DNA of 64,000 nt from contig JBQTHP010000099.1 of the NCBI GenBank assembly GCA_052389755.1, positions 3,562 through 67,561 of the forward strand, written 5' to 3'. This stretch comes from Gammaproteobacteria bacterium (GTDB lineage: Bacteria > Pseudomonadota > Gammaproteobacteria > Steroidobacterales > Steroidobacteraceae). Each line of letters begins with the position of its first letter. Within the stretch, counting starts at the first letter, position 1. The notes under the pieces were generated by a model. It was not told where the DNA came from and searched no databases. It was given only the letters and a program-made list of their open reading frames with translations. The position numbers and the translations under genes were made by a program. Shown one piece after another: positions 35,511-44,234 of the stretch.

Positions 35511-36391
35511 AGGATTGGACGGAACAACCCGTCGTCTTCGCATGCGGCGAAAGCGCGCTCCTGGGTATTGTCCACCATGCGCGGGGTCAATCTGCCGGAT
35601 TAGGCGTGCTCGTGGTCGTCGGGGGTCCCCAGTATCGCGTCGGAAGTCATCGACAGTTCACGTTGATGGCGCGGGCGCTGGCGGCCGGCGGTTTCCCGGT
35701 GATGCGGTTCGACTACCGCGGAATGGGAGACAGCGAGGGTGAGACCAGGAGCTTCGAAGCGGTAGGCGCTGACATTCGCGCCGCGATCGACGCATTCGTG
35801 CATGCCGTTCCATCCCTTCGAACGTTGGTCTTATGGGGGTTGTGTGATGCGGCGTCTGCGATCCTCATCGACGGTTGCGATGATCCGCGCGTAGGCGGAC
35901 TGATCCTCGTCAATCCATGGGTGCGAACGGGAGCCGGCGAAGCTCGAAGTTACGTGAGGAACTATTACCCAACGAGATTGCTGCACCCGACCCTGTGGAG
36001 GAAGCTGTTTTCCGGCCGGCTCAATCCATCGAAGGCGCTCGCCGAGTTTTTCCGAACGTATCGCCTGGCGCGGACGTACCGGGCAGAAGACAGCGTGGGC
36101 GGATCTCATTTCATCGAACGAATGCGGCTCGGTCTCGAAGCATTCCGCGGTCCGGTACTCGTACTGCTCAGCGAACGGGATCTGACCGCTCGGGAATTCG
36201 CCGATCTTGCGGGTAACGCGAGCTCGTGGAGCCGCATCATGACGAGAAGCAACGTACGCGTCGTCGATGTCCTGGGCGCCGATCACACGTTCTCGGAGCG
36301 CAAGGCGCTGGCGGAGGCGATCGAGCATTGCAGAGCGCAGCTGGAAGGTCTTCTCGGGTCGAATCGTGCCGAGATCGGCAATGCGAAGTAG
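35507..36391 (+). CDS. alpha/beta hydrolase 1, exosortase A system-associated
   Basis: GTGA overlap with the previous gene. VVVGGPQYRVGSHRQF...RFDYRGMGDSEGE...LWGLCDAAS resembles TIGR03100-type hydrolase 1. Confidence 0.8.
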   Translation: MKDWTEQPVVFACGESALLGIVHHARGQSAGLGVLVVVGGPQYRVGSHRQFTLMARALAAGGFPVMRFDYRGMGDSEGETRSFEAVGADIRAAIDAFVHAVPSLRTLVLWGLCDAASAILIDGCDDPRVGGLILVNPWVRTGAGEARSYVRNYYPTRLLHPTLWRKLFSGRLNPSKALAEFFRTYRLARTYRAEDSVGGSHFIERMRLGLEAFRGPVLVLLSERDLTAREFADLAGNASSWSRIMTRSNVRVVDVLGADHTFSERKALAEAIEHCRAQLEGLLGSNRAEIGNAK

Positions 36392-37643
36392 TCGCACCGT
36401 TCTGCTGGTGGCGTTTCACTTTCCACCGATGCAAGGCAGCAGCGGCGTTCAGCGCACGCTGCGTTTTTCACAGCACCTTCCCAAGTTCGGATGGCGGCCC
36501 GTGATCCTGAGCATCGACTCGCGGGCGTACGGAGCGAGTTCGGAAGCGAGCGGTAACGAGGTGCCGCCACGCGTCGACGTGCATCGCGCTTTCGGCGTCG
36601 ACGCGGCCAGGACGCTGAGCATGTTCGGCCGCTATCCGCGGGCGCTTGCATTACCTGATCGCTGGGCGAGCTGGCGGCTATGGGCCGTACCCAAGGCGCT
36701 GAGGATCATTCGCGAGGAGGGCGTCGACGTCATCTGGTCGACGTTTCCGATCGCAACCGCCCACCTCATAGGCCTCCACATCGCTCGCCGCTCCGGCCTG
36801 CCCTGGGTCGCCGAATTTCGTGATCCCATGTGGCAAGGGGACTATCCTCCCGATGCGAAGTTGAATCGTGCGTGGCGGGAGCTCGAGACACAGGTCTTCG
36901 GCAGAGCCAGTCGAGTGGTCGTGACCACGCCCGGAGCCGTTGCGATGTACGCCGACCGGTTTCCGGCGCTCGATCGCTCGGGACTGGTGCTGATCGAGAA
37001 CGGTTATGACGAGGAGGCATTTGGGCGCGCGCGGGCGGACGAGCGGCAGAACTGTGATGCCGCCCTTCCTCGCGGACAGCCGGTGAGATTGCTTCACAGC
37101 GGCATCATCTATCCCAGTGAGCGGGATCCCACGCAGCTGTTCGGGGCGGTAGCGTCGCTCAAAAGGAAAGGCGCGATTTCAGCGGGCGGGTTGCAGATCG
37201 TGCTTCGCGCCAGCGGTCACGAGCCGGAGTATCGAAAACGTCTGGATGCGCTGGGAATCGCGGACATCGTCAGCCTGCAGCCCCCGCTAGCCTATACGGC
37301 CGCGTTGCGCGAAATGCTGGACGCGGACGGTCTGCTGATTCTGCAGGCGTCGAACTGCAATGCGCAGGTACCTGCGAAACTCTACGAGTATCTTCGGGCC
37401 GAGAAACCGATTCTCGCGTTGACGGATCCCTCGGGGGACACCGCCAGGACGTTGAGTGCCGTGGGCGCCGGTCAGATCGCCAGGCTCGACTCGCAGGATG
37501 AAATCGAAGCCGGGCTGCTCGAGTTCCTGCGTCAGATCGCGGGCGGGCGCTGGCGGCGTCCATCGTTGGACAGCATCAGAAGGTATTCTCGCGAGGTCCA
37601 GACAGGCGAACTGGCAGCGGTGCTGGATCAGGTTGCAGCCTGA
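36381..37643 (+). CDS. glycosyltransferase (GT-B fold, GT4-like)
   Basis: The ATG at 36381 overlaps the hydrolase 1 gene by 11 nt. VLLVAFHFPPMQGSSGVQR N-terminus. The C-terminal half has PAKLYEYLRAEKPILAL, a GT-B nucleotide-sugar binding region. Confidence 0.65.
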   Translation: MRSSRTVLLVAFHFPPMQGSSGVQRTLRFSQHLPKFGWRPVILSIDSRAYGASSEASGNEVPPRVDVHRAFGVDAARTLSMFGRYPRALALPDRWASWRLWAVPKALRIIREEGVDVIWSTFPIATAHLIGLHIARRSGLPWVAEFRDPMWQGDYPPDAKLNRAWRELETQVFGRASRVVVTTPGAVAMYADRFPALDRSGLVLIENGYDEEAFGRARADERQNCDAALPRGQPVRLLHSGIIYPSERDPTQLFGAVASLKRKGAISAGGLQIVLRASGHEPEYRKRLDALGIADIVSLQPPLAYTAALREMLDADGLLILQASNCNAQVPAKLYEYLRAEKPILALTDPSGDTARTLSAVGAGQIARLDSQDEIEAGLLEFLRQIAGGRWRRPSLDSIRRYSREVQTGELAAVLDQVAA

Positions 37644-37659
37644 AGGCCAACGATAGCGA

Positions 37660-38430
37660 TCAGGAAAGCAGTACGTCGGGGCGCAACTGCAAGTGGACCC
37701 GCTGTGATTTCGCGATCGACAGATGTACGTAGGGCGCGATCGTCGCGAACATCAGTTCGACTCCCCAGAGCTTCAGAAAGATCGCCCGAGCTGCGACCTT
37801 TGCCCCGAGACGCCTGTGAGCACGTCGCGTGGCGAGATTGAAGCGTGTCACCCTGCTGAACGTGAAGCGGGCGCCGCGCTTGCGAAGAAATTCGTTGGCC
37901 GCGTTCCAGATCCCGGCGAAGCCGAAGCCCATACGATGCTCGGGCAGGACGAACAGATCAAAGTCGAACACGGCTTCGTTCTCCGGGCGGAGCAGGAATG
38001 TGCATCGGACTTCGTCCTCTGCGTACTCACGAAAGCAGAACCAGATGTACCCGATGAGCTGACCCTTGAAGAATGCACCGAGACATATCGCATTCTGATC
38101 AAAGCGCGATTGCCTGATATCAGGTTGTGCGGGCATCAGTTCGAGCTCGGGATCCCCTCGCGTGATCTGGCGCGATTCGAAGTTCCGGGCCATGCGCGCC
38201 GGAAGCAACGGCTTGTCCACGATCGGTTGAACCATCAGCTCATAGACGTACAAACGCATTCCCGGCGACAAGCGCATCAGTACACGATCGATGCCGTACA
38301 GGAGAGCGGCAGCGACGCCGAGTTCTCTGACGGTACCGAAGAATCGCCGGGTCACTTTTGCCTTGGCTCGGATCCGCTGGAGAGCGCCGGCCTTTCGTGA
38401 CTTCTTCCCAGATCGCCGATCTCCAGTCAA
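37660..38430 (-). CDS. GNAT-like N-acetyltransferase (putative)
   Basis: GQLIGYIWFCFREY...FDLFVLPEHRMGFGFAGIWNAANEFLRKRG is a motif A-like region of the GNAT fold. The basic N-terminal leader makes the true start uncertain. Confidence 0.5.
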   Translation of the reverse strand: MTGDRRSGKKSRKAGALQRIRAKAKVTRRFFGTVRELGVAAALLYGIDRVLMRLSPGMRLYVYELMVQPIVDKPLLPARMARNFESRQITRGDPELELMPAQPDIRQSRFDQNAICLGAFFKGQLIGYIWFCFREYAEDEVRCTFLLRPENEAVFDFDLFVLPEHRMGFGFAGIWNAANEFLRKRGARFTFSRVTRFNLATRRAHRRLGAKVAARAIFLKLWGVELMFATIAPYVHLSIAKSQRVHLQLRPDVLLS

Positions 38431-38586
38431 GGTCGAGGCGAGAGCTCGCTTACTCGATCAGCATCGGGTGCGGGTACGTACCCGCCCGTGCAAACGCATC
38501 GGAAACTGGACGCACGGACATTTTTCGCGCTACCTTGAAGCGGCAGTTACGTGAGCTCATGCTCGAGCTCGTCGGTGGCTGAAAAC

Positions 38587-39402
38587 ATGACAAGCGGCCC
38601 GCCAGCTGCAGACCCATTCACGGAGTACTACGCGCGCGAAAGCCTGAGTGAGGCCACGCGTGCACGGTTCGCCGGCACCAAGGACGCGATCTTCTGCGTA
38701 CTCCGACAACGCGGTCTCCCGTGCGAGCGGCTCACCGTGGCGGATATCGGTTGCGGTGCAGCCACGCAGGCAATCCTGTGGGCGCGCGACGGGCACCGGG
38801 TATTTGGAGCTGACATCAACGAGCAACTGATCGCGCTCGGTCGCGAACGCGTGCGAGAGGCGGGTGTGCGCGTGGAGCTCGAGGCAGCGAGCGCCGTGAG
38901 ACTGCCCTGGGCCTCACAGAGCATGGACGTCTGTCTTTTGCCGGAGCTGCTGGAACACGTCCGCGACTGGCGCAAGTGTCTCAGTGAAGCGGCACGCCTG
39001 CTCAAACCGAGCGGCCTGCTCTTTATCAGCACCACGAACCGCCTCTGTCCGGTGCAGCAGGAGTTCGAGCTGCCGTTCTACAGCTGGTATCCGGCGCGTC
39101 TCAAACGGCGCTTCGAACGGCTCGCGACGACGACGCGCCCAGATCTCGTAAACAACGCAGAGTTCCCGGCTGTCCACTGGTTCGATTTCTATTCGCTGCG
39201 GCGCGCGCCCGAGCTGAGTGAGTTCACCTGCCTGGATCGCTTCGACGTCGCCGCGCTGCGCGAGCGAGGCGCGGCGACACGAACCCTCCTCAAGCTCATC
39301 ACGCAATCGCCGCTCTTGCGCGGGCTCGCGCACGTTGCCACTCCGTACACCACTGTGTTTGCGATACGCAGCCGCCCCATGATGCCGGACGCTCGGCAGT
39401 AG
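38587..39402 (+). CDS. class I SAM-dependent methyltransferase
   Basis: VADIGCGAATQA (motif I), VFGADIN, MDVCLLPELLEHV and LKPSGLLFISTTN. The ATG at 38587 is preferred to the GTG at 38551. Confidence 0.8.
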   Translation: MTSGPPAADPFTEYYARESLSEATRARFAGTKDAIFCVLRQRGLPCERLTVADIGCGAATQAILWARDGHRVFGADINEQLIALGRERVREAGVRVELEAASAVRLPWASQSMDVCLLPELLEHVRDWRKCLSEAARLLKPSGLLFISTTNRLCPVQQEFELPFYSWYPARLKRRFERLATTTRPDLVNNAEFPAVHWFDFYSLRRAPELSEFTCLDRFDVAALRERGAATRTLLKLITQSPLLRGLAHVATPYTTVFAIRSRPMMPDARQ

Positions 39403-39529
39403 ACGGCCGTTCGAACGCGGCTGCGCGATTAGTTGGAAGTGCGAAGCACGTCACGCAACCTCGCGTCAGAGGCGGTTGTCGTTCGCTAACGACAATTGCG
39501 GAGGAGTCGAGTGTCCGGGTACAGTGATT

Positions 39530-39621
39530 CCAGCGAAAGGGCAAACCCGTCGTAAGGCGGGGACGCAAAGCCACCGGTCCGTGGGATTCGAGGATAGCGG
39601 GGTTGCCGGATGAAACGCTGG
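39530..39621 (+). promoter_or_regulatory. c-di-GMP-I (GEMM-I) riboswitch aptamer
   Basis: CCAGCG-AAAGGGCAAACC-CGUC-GUAA-GGCG-GGGACGCAAAGCCACCGG...AUAGCGGGGUUGCCGGAUG-AAA-CGCUGG. All conserved GEMM-I blocks are present in order, with a GNRA-capped hairpin and a closing P1 CCAGCG/CGCUGG. It lies 111 nt upstream of the ATG at 39733. Confidence 0.85.
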
Positions 39622-39732
39622 GGTAGTCCGAGCGGTTCACAGCCACCTGCCGATTCCCGCCGATCCTCTAGCGACCATGTCGATTCGGATGGTCAGCGTC
39701 GTAATGCGTGTGTTTCAGCTGGGGAGTGTTGA

Positions 39733-40980
39733 ATGAAACGTAGGGATTTCCTCGCTACGTCCGCGGGCCTCGCCGGTGCGATGCTTCCGGCTCTGGGACG
39801 GGGTCTACCGTGCCCTCCGCCCGCATTGAGCGCAGTTGGTGGAACGTCGTCCACGAACCCCTGCAATGCACCGGGCACTGCGCCGGCTTGGTTCACAGGC
39901 ATGGGTGACAGGACCTGGGCCGCGCCTGTGAGCAACTGGCTGGGAGCGAGTGGTGTAAAGGATCCGCTCGCGGACACGATCAACCGCGGGAACGACGGAC
40001 ACTCCGCGCTCATCAGCAACTGGACGGGCATGCTGGCGGATGACACGCGTCGCATGATCGCCATGCTCGGGAACGGAGGGCATGCGGGTTACAACGGCAA
40101 CGAGGTTTACTCGTGCGACCTCGGCCTGAGTACGCCGGCTTGGGTGCGGCGTCGCAACGCGACACCATCTGTGCCGGGAGTAGATCTGACGAAATGGCCG
40201 GACGGCAGTCCCGTGGCGGACCACACCGCGCAGTTACAGTGCGCGGGCGGAGGCCGCTGGTTCAAGTTCGGCCTCGCCTCAACGAACTACAACGGCTGGG
40301 CTCACTACGAGAGTTGGTGGGAGTACAGCCTCGAGAGTGAGGACTACATCGATCGGTCGAGTTCGGCTTACGCCTTGAGCGGCTCGGTGCTTGCGGTCGA
40401 TGGCCTCGCGCTCTTCGATCCGATCGACCGGAGTTTCCTGGTCTTTCACAAGAACTTCGTGTCGCCGGGGATTGGTGTTGTTGATTCCAATACGCTCGCA
40501 CTCAAACGAGGTGCAAACCCAGGCGGCTTCGCCACCTCCAACACACTGACCGCAGCGATCGACACGAAGCGCCGTCTGCTTCTCGTGCGCATGGATATCG
40601 GCTGTGAAGTGTGGAACCTCGAAAACTTCACCAAGCTCGCGACGATCACACCTAGCGGTGCGCAGCCAACTCTGCACAGCTCACTGTACTATCACGAACC
40701 CTCTGATGCCTTCATTACTTGGGATGGTGGCAGCAGCATCCGAAAGCTCAAGCCTACCGTGAATGCGCAGGGCACCAATTACACCGCGGTTGCGTGGTCA
40801 AGCGTGACGCCTGCTGGTGGTAGCACGGCCACTCCTCCGGGAAGTGGTCCGGAGCAGGGCATGTATAACAAAGTGCAGCTTCTGCAGAACATGGGAAACG
40901 GACAGAGCGCGCTCGTCATCGTGCCGCAGTACGCCGCACCCGACGTGTTCGTGTTCAAGCTCCCTGCGACAGGCATCTGA
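39733..40980 (+). CDS. Tat-signal secreted protein of unknown function (possibly beta-propeller-like)
   Basis: GGGGAG SD at 39721-39726. Twin-arginine motif MKRRDFLATSAG...ALGRG, then PCPPP...GGTS..PC. The remainder is rich in short W/G/N beta-like segments (GNGGHAGYNGNEVYSCDL). No family could be assigned. Confidence 0.75.
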   Translation: MKRRDFLATSAGLAGAMLPALGRGLPCPPPALSAVGGTSSTNPCNAPGTAPAWFTGMGDRTWAAPVSNWLGASGVKDPLADTINRGNDGHSALISNWTGMLADDTRRMIAMLGNGGHAGYNGNEVYSCDLGLSTPAWVRRRNATPSVPGVDLTKWPDGSPVADHTAQLQCAGGGRWFKFGLASTNYNGWAHYESWWEYSLESEDYIDRSSSAYALSGSVLAVDGLALFDPIDRSFLVFHKNFVSPGIGVVDSNTLALKRGANPGGFATSNTLTAAIDTKRRLLLVRMDIGCEVWNLENFTKLATITPSGAQPTLHSSLYYHEPSDAFITWDGGSSIRKLKPTVNAQGTNYTAVAWSSVTPAGGSTATPPGSGPEQGMYNKVQLLQNMGNGQSALVIVPQYAAPDVFVFKLPATGI

Positions 40981-41015
40981 GCGCAGCTCATCCTTACGAA
41001 GATCGGGAACGATAA

Positions 41016-42143
41016 ATGAAGCGCAGAGATTTCCTCTTGTCGTCTGCTGGAGTTGCGGGCGTCATTCTGCCGGCCTTGGGCAGGGGACAGAATCGACCGT
41101 GTCCTCCGCCTTCCGTCAACGTCAGCGGGGGAACGTCGGCGACGACGCCATGCGGTAGTGCCACCGCAGAAGCGGACTGGCTCGCGCGCTCCACCGGCCA
41201 GGGCGTTGTCTGGGCGCACGACTTCCGGAATCAGGCCGAAGTCGATCTCTTCCGCTGGACCGGAGGATACTCGGGCGGTAACGATCCACTCGGGAAGGGC
41301 AGCGGTGCCATGAAGTGTTTCCGCCAGACTGCTGACGGTGTCACCGGCGGTGCGTGTCTCGAGCAGATTCGGCCTGCGGGAGCCAATGAAGCCTCGGGTG
41401 CGTGGTGGCGTCCCTTCTCGGCCGTGAATAACAACGGGCGCGGATTTCCTGATCCGGCAGCGAATGGCACTGTGCCGGTGCAGAATTGGAATCCCACGGA
41501 CGGCGGCAATCAGACGAATAGTTGGGGGACGCGGGGTGTCTACGGTCATCCCAGTTACGCTGGACCCGGCTTTGACGGTACCGAGTTTTATCTCCAGATG
41601 CGCGTCAGGATGGACCCGCGTCGACTCAGCACTGGCATGCCACAGGTCGGTAAGCTCACCTTTTTGTCGCACACCGCAGCCTCGCTTACCGCGCAGGAAC
41701 TCGTGACGTATTCGGGCGCGATCTTCAATGGACGGAACTTCTTCCGCGTGTACGGCCCGGGATTCACGCCGCTGGAAGTGCTCGACATACTGGGACGCCC
41801 CGGGCAGCAGGTCGGGAACGATCTCGGGTTCTGCGATGTTACAGCGAGTCCCGGCAACTGCTGGGCGTGGTCGGGCGGCTGGGACACCGTGATGTACCAC
41901 ATCACGCCCGGTAGACGAGGTGTCGCGGAAACGCGCTTCGTAGTTCTTGCCGCGCATGAAGGCGAGACGGTGTACCGCAAGATCTGGGACCAAGGCTATG
42001 CGACCAACTATGACTTCGACAACGGCTGGAATGCGCTGATCACCTCGACCTTCCAGAACGGGTTCCCCTGCCCAAGTGAGTTCTGGCACCGCTACGATCA
42101 GATCATTCTGTCCAAGCAGTTCATTGCCTGTCCGTTGGTATGA
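41016..42143 (+). CDS. Tat-signal secreted protein of unknown function; N-terminal module paralogous to the upstream gene
   Basis: MKRRDFLLSSAGVAGVILPALGRGQNRPCPPPSVNVSGGTSATTPC is about 65 percent identical to the first ~48 aa of the 39733 protein. The rest is unrelated by eye. It starts 35 nt after the upstream stop, so is probably co-transcribed. Confidence 0.75.
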   Translation: MKRRDFLLSSAGVAGVILPALGRGQNRPCPPPSVNVSGGTSATTPCGSATAEADWLARSTGQGVVWAHDFRNQAEVDLFRWTGGYSGGNDPLGKGSGAMKCFRQTADGVTGGACLEQIRPAGANEASGAWWRPFSAVNNNGRGFPDPAANGTVPVQNWNPTDGGNQTNSWGTRGVYGHPSYAGPGFDGTEFYLQMRVRMDPRRLSTGMPQVGKLTFLSHTAASLTAQELVTYSGAIFNGRNFFRVYGPGFTPLEVLDILGRPGQQVGNDLGFCDVTASPGNCWAWSGGWDTVMYHITPGRRGVAETRFVVLAAHEGETVYRKIWDQGYATNYDFDNGWNALITSTFQNGFPCPSEFWHRYDQIILSKQFIACPLV

Positions 42144-42313
42144 GCCGTGGCACATGGAGTAGTATCGTCTGTCCACGGTACTGCGCGCTGAGGACGATCA
42201 ACCTCGCCATCGAGGGCAGCCGCGCGCGACGGAGACGTGGCTCCCGGCGATTACGTTCATCTGGGCGGTAGCGGGGATAATCCTGCTATCCTGACGGGCG
42301 ACAGGTTTCCGGC

Positions 42314-43063
42314 ATGCGCGCAGCCCCGCACACGATCCTCACATTCATATGCGTGTCGGTATCCGCCTACGTTCTCGGAGCCGCGTGTGTTCCTGGGGCC
42401 GCCTCCGCCGCGCAGCCGCACGTTGATGATTTTGTTGCGTGTGGCAAGAAGCGCGAGATAAAAACGGGGGGAAACTACGGGCTAACCGATTACCGCTTGC
42501 GAGAGATCTCGTCGGCGACGAAGCGCGCCCTCGCTGACCTGGATTCGCACCACACGAATCCCGCGGTGGAAGCCATGTTCCGCGGCGCCTACGGCGGAGA
42601 GGTCAAGGCCGACCTGAACTTTACGTTGGTGCATTCCCCGAATCACCATCGAGCATTGCAGGCATTGGTTCAGTACGATCGCGCGGGAGGCAAGGCTGGC
42701 GGATTTCCGGCCACGGAGTGCTATTTCCATTGGGCGCAGGTTTTCGCACCTGACGACTCCCGAGTTTGGATGATAGGGGGTTACTACTTCTGGACGAAAG
42801 GTGACCGTTCGCGGGCGGAGACGTGGTACCGCCAGGCGCTCCAGTTCGACCCCGAATACGCCGACGCACACTACAATCTCGGCCTGCTCTACTTCGAGCT
42901 GGCGGATTTCGAGCGATCTCTCGAGCATGCGCGGGCCGCGTATGAAGCTGGCTACCCCTTGGTAGGACTACGAAACAAGCTCGAGCGCTCGGGACATTGG
43001 CAGGCGTCGCCGCCGCCCGCGCCGCTGCAATCCGCCGAAAATCCCCGGGACAACGGCAGGTGA
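42314..43063 (+). CDS. secreted TPR-repeat protein
   Basis: Signal peptide ILTFICVSVSAYVLGAACVPGAASA. TPR units AETWYRQALQFDPEYADAHYNLGLLYFELADFERSLEHARAA. Confidence 0.7.
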   Translation: MRAAPHTILTFICVSVSAYVLGAACVPGAASAAQPHVDDFVACGKKREIKTGGNYGLTDYRLREISSATKRALADLDSHHTNPAVEAMFRGAYGGEVKADLNFTLVHSPNHHRALQALVQYDRAGGKAGGFPATECYFHWAQVFAPDDSRVWMIGGYYFWTKGDRSRAETWYRQALQFDPEYADAHYNLGLLYFELADFERSLEHARAAYEAGYPLVGLRNKLERSGHWQASPPPAPLQSAENPRDNGR

Positions 43064-43100
43064 ACTGCAAGCTCGACTAGCAGTACCGAGCGCGTGCCTT

Positions 43101-44234
43101 TCAGTCATAAGTGGCCTGCGTTCGCCCTTTCTCTGGCTCTACATGGCGAAAGGTCCAGTACGAGTTCAGGAAATAATTGACGAGCGTAGCCGGCACAATA
43201 CCGACGAGCTGGTGGATCTGAGGGGCGACCGTTGGAAGCAGGAGCGACAGAGCTACGAACGTGCCGTAGCTGATGCCGAGGGCGACCAGCGATACGACGT
43301 TGAATTTCACTCCTTTTATCCGGACCTTGTCCTTCGTGTTCCGCCATCGAAAGGTCCAGTAATTGTTCAGCAGGAAGTTCGAGATGATCGATACCTCGAT
43401 CGCGATCGGCGAAGCCAGATACTTGTTCATCCCTCCTGCGAGCATCAGGGTGAAAGTGCCAAGATTCACTGCGACGCCGCTCGCGCCGACGAGCCCGAAT
43501 TTGATGAACGTCCTCGATGCCTGGAAGCGGATCCACCAGGCATTGACCACGAACTCAAGGACGTCGCGCCAGCCGAGCTTGGAAGCGCCGTGGGTGCGAT
43601 CGATGAAGTCCACGGGAACCTCGACGATGCGCACGTTTTGCACGACGGCCGCATGCAGGAGCGCGACCTGGAACGCGTAACCCTGTACGCGCATATTCTT
43701 CAGGTCGATACGCCGCAAGACCGACGCCCGAATCGCGCGAAAGCCTGCAGTACAGTCGCGCACGCGGTAGATGCCGGCCACGTACCGCGCAACGATGTTG
43801 CCTATCAGCGAGTTGGCGCGACGCAGAGGCGCCCACTCGCGAGGAATCGTGCCGCCGGGGACATAGCGACTTCCGATCACGAAATCAGCGCCGTGATCGA
43901 TATTCGTCATGAGACGCAACACGTCCTCGGGGCAGTGCGACAAGTCCGCATCCATCTCGAAGACGACTTCGGCGCCCAGAGCGTTCAGGGCATGCGTCAT
44001 GCCGCGGATGTATGCGGCACCTAATCCCTTCTTGGCACCTGAGAGGAGATGCAGATTCGTGTAACGCCCCTGCAGATCGCGTACGACGTCGGCCGTTCCG
44101 TCCGGCGAGCTGTCATCTACCACCAGAATGTGCATCTCGTGCGTCGTCCGCACGAACTGCTTCTGGAGCGCGACGATCAGGCGGTCTATGTTGTCGCGCT
44201 CGTTGTACGTCGGAACGATGATGATGGTTTTCAT
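43101..44234 (-). CDS. polyprenyl-phosphate sugar synthase-like GT2 fused to a GtrA-family membrane domain
   Basis: MKTIIIVPTYNERDNI...VVDDSSPDGT...FEMDADLSH (Dpm1/ArnC-like). The C-terminal 120 aa has FGLVGASGVAVNLG and NFLLNNYWTFR (GtrA). The start ATG at 44234 overlaps the upstream stop (ATGA). Confidence 0.85.
   Translation of the reverse strand: MKTIIIVPTYNERDNIDRLIVALQKQFVRTTHEMHILVVDDSSPDGTADVVRDLQGRYTNLHLLSGAKKGLGAAYIRGMTHALNALGAEVVFEMDADLSHCPEDVLRLMTNIDHGADFVIGSRYVPGGTIPREWAPLRRANSLIGNIVARYVAGIYRVRDCTAGFRAIRASVLRRIDLKNMRVQGYAFQVALLHAAVVQNVRIVEVPVDFIDRTHGASKLGWRDVLEFVVNAWWIRFQASRTFIKFGLVGASGVAVNLGTFTLMLAGGMNKYLASPIAIEVSIISNFLLNNYWTFRWRNTKDKVRIKGVKFNVVSLVALGISYGTFVALSLLLPTVAPQIHQLVGIVPATLVNYFLNSYWTFRHVEPEKGRTQATYD

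Noticed and set aside
39790-39815. Possible lipobox in the Tat-signal proteins (GRGLPC / GRGQNRPC)
   Set aside because: The residues preceding the Cys do not fit L-(A/S)-(G/A)-C. They are treated as ordinary Tat signals with an unknown cleavage site.
40779-42176. 465-aa minus-strand ORF
   Set aside because: Antisense to the two Tat-signal genes, which have SDs, twin-arginine leaders and mutual N-terminal homology. The antisense ORF has no start context or motifs.
42145-42177. Hairpin CCGTGG...CCACGG just after the second Tat-protein gene, containing TGGCAC
   Set aside because: The stem is only 6 bp with a 21-nt loop and no U tract, so it is not a convincing terminator. The TGGCAC has no TTGC at the correct distance, so it is not a sigma-54 promoter.
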